From assembly GCF_000012805.1 (NCBI RefSeq), contig NC_007484.1:420001-452000 (forward strand): 32,000 nucleotides of DNA, written 5' to 3'. The translations under genes were made by a program, and so were the position numbers. The stretch is from Nitrosococcus oceani ATCC 19707 (GTDB lineage: Bacteria; Pseudomonadota; Gammaproteobacteria; Nitrosococcales; Nitrosococcaceae). The notes below the pieces were generated by a model. That model did not search any database. It was not told the DNA's origin and was given only the letters and a program-made list of their open reading frames with translations. Below, piece by piece: positions 25,307-31,695 of this stretch (its first letter is position 1; each line of letters starts with the position of its first letter).

Positions 25307-26892
25307 ATAAGCCTAGGTTTTCAGAGATCATCCTAGGCTTTTATGAGCGGCGAGTAAGCTTCGCTTTATGGCTACTAGCTGCCGCACTGCTTAGCGCCTG
25401 TGCGATTAATCCGGTAACAGGCGAGCGGGAGCTGTCGCTGGTCTCCGAAACCCAGGAAATTCAGATGGGGGAGGAGAATTATTTGACGATGCGGCAGATG
25501 CAGGGAGGGGATTATACGGCTGACCCCGCACTCACAGCCTATGTGAGCCAGGTGGGTCAGCGTCTGGCGGCCGTGAGTGATCGTTCGCTGCCCTATGAGT
25601 TCTCGGTTATTAACGATTCCACCCCTAATGCGTGGGCCCTGCCGGGTGGTAAAATTGCTCTCAACCGGGGTTTATTGACGGAGCTAAACAATGAAGCTGA
25701 GCTGGCGGCGGTGCTAGGCCATGAGATCGTCCATGCCGCAGCCGGTCATAGCGCCCAAGGCATGGAGCGTGATTTATTATTGAAGGGGGCGGTGTTAGGT
25801 TCAGTGCTGGCAACGGGAGTGAGTGAATACACGCCCCTGGTGTTGGGCGGGGCGCAAGCGGCGGCGCAACTGGTCAATCGGAAATATAGCCGCGATGCGG
25901 AGCGGGAAGCGGATCTTTATGGCATGCGCTATATGTCCCGCGCCGGCTATGATCCTTGGGCAGCGGTGAGCTTGCAGGAAACTTTCGTTCGTCTCTCCGA
26001 GGGACAGCAGGAAAATTGGCTTTCGGGGTTATTGGCAAGCCATCCTCCTTCCCTGGAACGGGTGGAGGCCAATGAGATGACTGCCCGTACTTTGCCTGCC
26101 GGAGGTGAGTTAGGGGCGGAACGCTACCAAGCCAAGCTTGCTCCCCTGAGGCAGGTAGAAACGGCCTATGCTGCTTATGATCAAGGCCGTAAAGCACTTC
26201 AAGAGGGCAACCTGGAGCAGGCGCTGAGTTTAGCGGAGCGGGCCATTACTGAAGAGCCCCGGGAAGCCCTGTTCTATGGCTTGCGCGGTGATGTCTATCT
26301 GGCAAGGAAACGCTATCAGGAAGCTCTGGCCGATTATAATCGGGCTATTAAGCGCAATGATCATTTTTTTTATTTTTATAATCAGCGGGGTTTGGTAAAC
26401 AAAGCATTAGGCCATTCAGAAAAGGCGCGTCAAGATCTGCAGCAGAGTATAGCCCTTTTACCCACGGAAAGCGCTAATAAAGCCTTAGGTGATTTAGCCT
26501 TGACGCAAGGAGATCGGCAAGGCGCCATGACCTACTACCAAAAGGCAGCCGCCTCCCAAACCCCTTTGGGCCTTGAAGCAAGACGCGCCTTGGTTTACCT
26601 GGATTTGCCTAATAATCCCCAAAAATATCTAGCGGCTCAGGTCAAGTTAAATCGGCGTGGCTATCTCGTTGTCCGGGTGACTAATCAGGCACCGCTCCCC
26701 GTCCGCGATATTGGCATTGAAGTGCGTTATCTGGATTCCCAGGGGCACGTCCAGTCCCATAAGCAAGCGTTTCAAGGAATTCTTGCCGCAGGTCAGACCG
26801 CGCGCCTCAAGACGAATCTGGGGCCGCTTTCAGATCCACGTGCGCTCGAACGGATCGAGGCTAAGGTGATCCAGGCCCGAATTGCCAATTAA
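25294..26892 (+). CDS. M48-family zinc metalloprotease lipoprotein with C-terminal TPR domain (BepA-like)
   Basis: ORF track, 532 aa. Lipobox 'LLSAC', zinc motif 'HEIVHAAAGH' and TPR-like repeats after residue ~290. The only in-frame canonical starts (GTG 25294 and 25303) lie inside the last codons of tnpB. Confidence 0.8.
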   Translation: MDGVNKPRFSEIILGFYERRVSFALWLLAAALLSACAINPVTGERELSLVSETQEIQMGEENYLTMRQMQGGDYTADPALTAYVSQVGQRLAAVSDRSLPYEFSVINDSTPNAWALPGGKIALNRGLLTELNNEAELAAVLGHEIVHAAAGHSAQGMERDLLLKGAVLGSVLATGVSEYTPLVLGGAQAAAQLVNRKYSRDAEREADLYGMRYMSRAGYDPWAAVSLQETFVRLSEGQQENWLSGLLASHPPSLERVEANEMTARTLPAGGELGAERYQAKLAPLRQVETAYAAYDQGRKALQEGNLEQALSLAERAITEEPREALFYGLRGDVYLARKRYQEALADYNRAIKRNDHFFYFYNQRGLVNKALGHSEKARQDLQQSIALLPTESANKALGDLALTQGDRQGAMTYYQKAAASQTPLGLEARRALVYLDLPNNPQKYLAAQVKLNRRGYLVVRVTNQAPLPVRDIGIEVRYLDSQGHVQSHKQAFQGILAAGQTARLKTNLGPLSDPRALERIEAKVIQARIAN

Positions 26893-26916
26893 CCATCATA
26901 CTTAATTAAGCGATTA

Positions 26917-27942
26917 ATGATGAAACAAACAACGTATGAATATGCTGCTTCCGCCGGGAGGGCAGAGGCACAGGAGGCGGAGGAGACTTCACCTCTGGAT
27001 CAGGAACTCCTGGCTTTAAAACAACTTGAACAGCGCGTTGGCGCCTTCCACTTTAAGCGGCGCCTGGGCACCGAAGGGAACTATAAAACCCATGCCTCTT
27101 CCCAGGAGCAGGATTCCTTTCATATCGAGAATTGGTATTCCATTCATTTCTTTATTCGCACCACCTTGCGATGTTTGGCGCTCCACGGGCGAGGTAAACG
27201 CAATGCCTTGGCCCTTCGGGTCCGCCATAATGATATTCCTATAAAGGGTCTGTCACCCTCTTTTGAGGGATATACGCTATTACATTTAAGCGATCTCCAC
27301 CTGGACATGAACGGGCAGCTTCCCCAGGTGCTGATTGAGCAAGTTCAGAAGGTAAAATATGATATATGTGTCATCACCGGGGATTTACGGGCGAAGACAT
27401 ACGGGCCTTATCAGCCAGCCATAGAGGCCATGGCGCAGCTGCGGACTCATCTTGAAGCACCAGTCTACGGCGTGCTTGGTAACCATGATAGCCTTCGCAT
27501 GGTCCCTGGGCTGGAAGCCATGGGCGTGCGGATGCTGCTTAACGAAGCGGTACCTATCGAGCGGGATGGTGAGGTCGGTTTCTATCTCGCCGGGGTTGAC
27601 GATCCTCATTATTATCGTGCGGATAATCCGGAAAAAGCCTGCGCGCAAATTCCGGAATCCGTTCCCCGAATTCTGCTAGCCCATTCCCCGGAAATCTATA
27701 AACGTGCCGCCCATTGTGACTTTGATGTCATGTTCTGTGGGCACACCCATGGTGGCCAGATCTGCTTGCCGGGGGGTATCCCCGTCATGGTCAATGCTCG
27801 CTGCCCCCGCCGGATCTGCGCCGGGCCTTGGCGGTACCGCCAGATGCAAGGCTACACATCGGTGGGATCGGGGGTTTCTATTGTCGATGTCCGTTTCAAC
27901 TGCCCACCTGAGATCACCCTGCATCGGCTTCGCTGCACCTGA
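26917..27942 (+). CDS. Calcineurin-like metallophosphoesterase (YkuE-type)
   Basis: ORF track, 341 aa; motifs 'LHLSDLHLD', 'ITGDL', 'GNHD', 'GHTHGGQ'. Confidence 0.85.
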   Translation: MMKQTTYEYAASAGRAEAQEAEETSPLDQELLALKQLEQRVGAFHFKRRLGTEGNYKTHASSQEQDSFHIENWYSIHFFIRTTLRCLALHGRGKRNALALRVRHNDIPIKGLSPSFEGYTLLHLSDLHLDMNGQLPQVLIEQVQKVKYDICVITGDLRAKTYGPYQPAIEAMAQLRTHLEAPVYGVLGNHDSLRMVPGLEAMGVRMLLNEAVPIERDGEVGFYLAGVDDPHYYRADNPEKACAQIPESVPRILLAHSPEIYKRAAHCDFDVMFCGHTHGGQICLPGGIPVMVNARCPRRICAGPWRYRQMQGYTSVGSGVSIVDVRFNCPPEITLHRLRCT

Positions 27943-28073
27943 AAAGCCGTTAAAAATCCCCCTTCGAGTCAAACTCCGAAGTACCTGCTTATCCAATCTC
28001 TGCGTCAAACATGCCTCGTTGCCATTCCCCTTAATTTTCTTTAATCCGCTTCTGTTCTTTTTCTTTTCTCAGG

Positions 28074-28292
28074 ATGATTAAAGTTTGCCAGCAAGAAGAC
28101 GAACTTACTGAAAGCTGGTCTACTGTTTTTGATATCTCTGTGGATAATATTCTAACGAATATACAGGCGAACTTGCCTGAATTTATAGCTAATATCAGGT
28201 TATCAAGGCTAATACATGTTTTGGGTATTATCAGGGCAAAAGTGCCTGAAAAAGCCGGCAATATCAATTTATCAGGGCGCGTATTTACTTGA
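28074..28292 (+). CDS. Hypothetical 72-aa protein, first unit of array B
   Basis: ORF track. A deleted paralogue at 17195..17292 shows conservative amino-acid substitutions. The stop lies inside the following attC-like palindrome. Confidence 0.4.
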   Translation: MIKVCQQEDELTESWSTVFDISVDNILTNIQANLPEFIANIRLSRLIHVLGIIRAKVPEKAGNINLSGRVFT

Positions 28293-28308
28293 GAATAAAT
28301 TGTTCGCG
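28258..28308 (+). other. attC-like palindrome preceding leader copy 6
   Basis: CAATTTAT...ATAAATTG arms followed by G|TTCGCG. The left box is poor. Confidence 0.4.
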
Positions 28309-28461
28309 CCGCTGCGCGGCGCGAATCGGGGAGTTGACTGCGCCAAACGGCCGCCCGCGCCGCTACGCGTTGCGAACAACCGTTCGACTGGCAGAACCCC
28401 CTGCATCATCAGATGCCCCACATCTATTACCCAGGAGAACCCGCCCGTCAACTCCCCGATT
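28303..28461 (+). repeat. Cassette 5' leader element, copy 6 (full)
   Basis: TIRs at 28324..28338 and 28447..28461. Ends 14 nt before ATG 28476. I count about 6 differences from copy 7 by eye. Confidence 0.9.
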
Positions 28462-28475
28462 ATAAGGCTTAAAAA

Positions 28476-29093
28476 ATGCAGTTGCCAGATTTTATAAAAG
28501 ATGTCGTGCTGCTCCTGCTAGGTGGAGTCGGGACTGCTGTGTGGTTTTTCTGGCGTCGCAGGACAGAACAAGCGCCAGTATTTGAAAACATCCACAAAGC
28601 CGAAAAACTTCTCTCGCTTCGAAAAGAACTCGACAACACCAACTACACCTTTGAGGATCTAAAGAGCCTTGAAGATGCGCTGATGGAGCGGGCAGATGTT
28701 GCGAAAGTACTAAGCATCAGCTACGAAGAAGAGGCTAAACAAGTTCGTGAAATTGAGATGAGTACTGCGATGACACAGGCAGAAATGAATATTGTTGCCG
28801 GAAATGCCTATCAAAGCGCCGAGCGTAAACTTGATGCAATACTAGAACAAATCAAGGAGTTCTTGTCTCCTGAAGAATCTGCTCTGTTAGATGAAGCTAA
28901 TCAAGCCTGGCGTACCTACCAGAAAAGCCATGCTGACTTCTCAGCCTCACAATACGAGGGGGGCAGTATTCAGCCGCTCATTTATGCCTCAACAATGGAG
29001 ACGGTCACCGTTGCACGAATAGTTGAATTGGAAGCAGAGCTTAAGTTCATGAAAGACACGCGGGTGCCAAATGCCGAGCAAGACGCCTTATAA
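28476..29093 (+). CDS. Membrane-anchored DUF1311 (LprI-like) domain protein
   Basis: ORF track, 205 aa. N-terminal TM 'VVLLLLGGVGTAVWFFW'. C-terminal 'ANQAWRTYQKSHADFSASQYEGGSIQPLIYASTMETVTVARIVELE' fits the DUF1311 pattern. Confidence 0.7.
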   Translation: MQLPDFIKDVVLLLLGGVGTAVWFFWRRRTEQAPVFENIHKAEKLLSLRKELDNTNYTFEDLKSLEDALMERADVAKVLSISYEEEAKQVREIEMSTAMTQAEMNIVAGNAYQSAERKLDAILEQIKEFLSPEESALLDEANQAWRTYQKSHADFSASQYEGGSIQPLIYASTMETVTVARIVELEAELKFMKDTRVPNAEQDAL

Positions 29094-29162
29094 CAAGTCA
29101 CTCCTGCTGACCGTCTCACTCGCTGGCGCTCGTTCGACGGTAGCAGAGTTCAATCGTTGGGC
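29088..29162 (+). other. attC recombination site
   Basis: The left box TTATAAC contains the stop codon. Arms are CTGCTGACCGTC and GACGGTAGCAG with an extrahelical G. The right box GTTGGGC is a perfect GTTRRRY. Confidence 0.8.
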
Positions 29163-29180
29163 GTCACTGGGAGCTATTCG

Positions 29181-29738
29181 GTGAATGAATCGAAGTCGAC
29201 AACCGAGGTTGCTATTTCCGCATTCATACATGAGCTTTCGCGAATGCCCGCGACTCTTTCGGGAGAAGATTCATCGCTAGATTCAGTTTGGGAAGAGATC
29301 AAAGCTCAGGTTCAGAATGAAGAATCGATCTATTGGGATGCTTATGTCGAAACGATGTCCGTCTTGGTTGAGGCTTATGTCGAAGGTCTGAGCGCCGATG
29401 TGTTGGAAAATCTCCGCGATGAATTGTATCTCGACGATGACGGCGACGTTGGCGAGGGATTGTTCGAGGCGTTACTCGATAGGGCCGGGGAAGAGGACGT
29501 TGCATACGAACCATTCGATTTCGAGTTTTTCTACTACGATGTGATGGGGACCACAACATACGGCCAGGTTCTAAAGCGAACCAGCATTTGGACAGCGCAA
29601 GTTCGCGTTTGGAGTCAAGTCTTACCAAAAGGTGGCGAAATTGGGTTGATATCTACTTCTGCCATTGAGTGTGAAATTTCAGAAGATGTGTTCAATTTTG
29701 CAAAGAGGGCTGCATGGCCCAAGCTTTCTGCGAAGTGA
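29181..29738 (+). CDS. Highly acidic hypothetical protein
   Basis: The ORF track frame is 29157..29738. The TTG at 29157 lies in the attC right box, so GTG 29181 or ATG 29244 is more plausible. Asp/Glu-rich ('LYLDDDGDVGEGLFEALLDRAGEEDVAYEPFDFEFFYYD'). Confidence 0.6.
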   Translation: MNESKSTTEVAISAFIHELSRMPATLSGEDSSLDSVWEEIKAQVQNEESIYWDAYVETMSVLVEAYVEGLSADVLENLRDELYLDDDGDVGEGLFEALLDRAGEEDVAYEPFDFEFFYYDVMGTTTYGQVLKRTSIWTAQVRVWSQVLPKGGEIGLISTSAIECEISEDVFNFAKRAAWPKLSAK

Positions 29739-29739
29739 C

Positions 29740-29836
29740 GCTCAACAAATCGTTGCAGCGGACGTTTGGCCCACCACCTGCTTTGCTGCCGCAAAGCAGG
29801 CGTCGCCTCAAACGCCGCTGAACTCAGGCGTTCGCG
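29740..29836 (+). other. attC recombination site
   Basis: Left box GCTCAAC, arms AAATCGTTGCAGCGGAC and GCCGCTGAACTCAGG, right box GCG|TTCGCG. The overall layout resembles classical attC sites such as aadA-type. Confidence 0.75.
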
Positions 29837-29989
29837 CCGCTGCGCGGCGCGAATCGGGGAGTTAACTGCGCCAAACGGCTGCCCGCGCCGCTACGCGTCG
29901 CGAACAACCGTTCGACTGGCAGAACCTCCTGCATAATCAGATGCCCCACATCTATTATCCAGGAGAACCCGCCCGTCAACTCCCCGATT
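29831..29989 (+). repeat. Cassette 5' leader element, copy 7 (full)
   Basis: TIRs at 29852..29866 (one mismatch, TTAAC) and 29975..29989. Ends 25 nt before ATG 30015. Confidence 0.9.
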
Positions 29990-30014
29990 ATGTCTCTCGG
30001 CTAGTGGAGGTGGG

Positions 30015-31019
30015 ATGACTGGAGTCCGGATTGATGATGCCCTTGCCGATTGGGGAAATTTGGCTAAGGAGAATTGGCAGTCTCTGCTGCTTGGTAATGG
30101 ATTCAGTATTAACGTATGGAGTGGTTTCAACTACGACAGCCTTCTTCAGGTTGCACGACAAGATGACCTTGAGCATCAGCTAAACGAAGAATCCGTGACT
30201 CTATTTGATCATGTCGGAAGTTCAAATTTCGAGGACGTCTTGCGAATACTTTTCCACGCCAGGATGGTTGACGAGCAACTCGGGAGACCTCAAGGGGATG
30301 AAATTGAAGCGATTTATCAGAACACGAAACGTGCTTTGGCAGATGCCGTCAATTACTCTCATGTCGCATACGGTCAGTTCAACGCTGCGGCGATAAACGA
30401 ACAGTTGGGTGGCTACGATGATGTGTTCACGACCAACTACGACTTGATCCCATATTGGTCAATAATGCACGAAGGTGTGGATCGGTTTCGGGACTTTTTT
30501 TGGGGTGCTGACGGGGTTTTTGAGTTATGCAACACTGAGGTATTCCCTAGGCGTACAAAGATTCATTACCTCCATGGGGCCATTCACTTAGTTGAACTTC
30601 CGGATGGTCGCACGAAGAAGCTGGCGACAAATCAAAACGGCAATTTGCTCGAATTGTTTGATCTTAATGCGAGGGATCAATTCCCTCTCTTTATTTCTGA
30701 GGGACATTGGCAACAGAAATTGTCTCGAATATGTAAAAATGACTATCTACGGTTCTGCTTTTCGAATCTGAGCGGTCTAGAAGGTAATGCTGTAATTATT
30801 GGGCACTCCCTGCATCGCGACTACGATCAACATATCATCGATGCGATTTCTCAAAGCTCAGTGGACAGATTGGCTATTGGTGTTTGGCCGCACCAGCGCG
30901 CTGAGGTCATCCTGGATTTCAAGGCTCGAATCATAGAGCAGTTGCATCAGAAGTCATTGGACTTTTTCGATTCTGAATCTCACCCCCTGGGATCTGAGGT
31001 TTTACGTGTCGAGAAATAA
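30015..31019 (+). CDS. SIR2-like (SIR2_2/DUF4917-type) protein, candidate NADase defence effector
   Basis: ORF track, 334 aa. Three motifs in the order typical of SIR2_2-like proteins: 'LLLGNGFS', 'VFTTNYDLI' and 'IHYLHGAIHL'. Confidence 0.65.
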   Translation: MTGVRIDDALADWGNLAKENWQSLLLGNGFSINVWSGFNYDSLLQVARQDDLEHQLNEESVTLFDHVGSSNFEDVLRILFHARMVDEQLGRPQGDEIEAIYQNTKRALADAVNYSHVAYGQFNAAAINEQLGGYDDVFTTNYDLIPYWSIMHEGVDRFRDFFWGADGVFELCNTEVFPRRTKIHYLHGAIHLVELPDGRTKKLATNQNGNLLELFDLNARDQFPLFISEGHWQQKLSRICKNDYLRFCFSNLSGLEGNAVIIGHSLHRDYDQHIIDAISQSSVDRLAIGVWPHQRAEVILDFKARIIEQLHQKSLDFFDSESHPLGSEVLRVEK

Positions 31020-31061
31020 CAAATCGTTGCAGCGGACAAGCCGCTGAATGCGGCGTTAGAG
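31014..31061 (+). other. Short attC recombination site
   Basis: The left box AAATAAC contains the stop codon. Arms are AAATCGTTGCAGCGGAC and GCCGCTGAATGCGG. The right box is GTTAGAG. Confidence 0.7.
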
Positions 31062-31069
31062 AAGTGAAT

Positions 31070-31612
31070 ATGTCACAAGCAAAGAGCTCGTTTGAGCATG
31101 GAATAAAAGACGCAGAAGAGCTGCTTGCTCATTTCGATGCGATCAACTGCAATCCGCCTCCAGCAAATGCTGAGGTGCTAAAGCGAGCTGGTTTGGTCAT
31201 GGCTCTGACAGCGTGGGAAACATACGTTGAAGACCGTATCACAGAGGCCATGGATAAACGTCTCAATGTCGTCTCGGGTAGCTACGTTGGGGAGTTTATA
31301 CAGAAAAAACTCCAACAAGAGCTGAAGCAGTTCCATAACCCAACCTCAGACAAGACCAAAAAGATCTTTCAGGATTATCTTGGATTAGACGTTACTTCAG
31401 CATGGTTTTGGGCGAACGTAACCCCGGAAAAGGCTCGAAAATCCCTAAATCAGTGGATTTCAAAGCGCGGAGACGCCGTTCATCGTTCGAAGCCAATCAA
31501 TAATGGATCGTCGGCCGCCCATTTGATTAAGAAAGATGAGTTGGAGAAGGTAATCAGATTCCTACGGGAGTTGGTTCGTGCAACGGATGATTATCTTGAG
31601 CAAAATCTCTAA
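31070..31612 (+). CDS. HEPN-superfamily protein (RiboL-PSP-HEPN-like), candidate RNase
   Basis: The ORF track frame is 31064..31612. The ATG at 31070 has 'GAGAAG' upstream. The Rx4H motif 'RGDAVHR' lies in the C-terminal third of an all-helical-looking protein. Confidence 0.55.
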   Translation: MSQAKSSFEHGIKDAEELLAHFDAINCNPPPANAEVLKRAGLVMALTAWETYVEDRITEAMDKRLNVVSGSYVGEFIQKKLQQELKQFHNPTSDKTKKIFQDYLGLDVTSAWFWANVTPEKARKSLNQWISKRGDAVHRSKPINNGSSAAHLIKKDELEKVIRFLRELVRATDDYLEQNL

Positions 31613-31684
31613 CAATTCGCATCAGTACGCTGTCTTCGGACGCCAGACGTCCCTGACGGGCCGCCGCTGTGCTCCGCGTTATAT
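31607..31684 (+). other. attC recombination site
   Basis: The left box CTCTAAC contains the stop codon. The right box is GTTATAT at 31678..31684. A GC-rich imperfect palindrome lies between them. Confidence 0.6.
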
Positions 31685-31695
31685 ATGATAGAACC

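Noticed and set aside
28150-28195. Short attC-like palindrome 'tctaacgaatatacaggcgaacttgcctgaatttatag' (and its counterpart at 17254-17297)
   Set aside because: It lies inside the 72-aa ORF that shows protein-level conservation with its paralogue. The apparent complete 'short attC' at 17254-17297 is created by a deletion relative to the array B copy. It is probably not an independent recombination site.
17293-29989. Regularly recurring ~160-bp repeats considered as a CRISPR array
   Set aside because: The repeats are far too long and internally structured. The 'spacers' are 0.1-1.4 kb and contain full genes plus attC sites. There are no cas genes.
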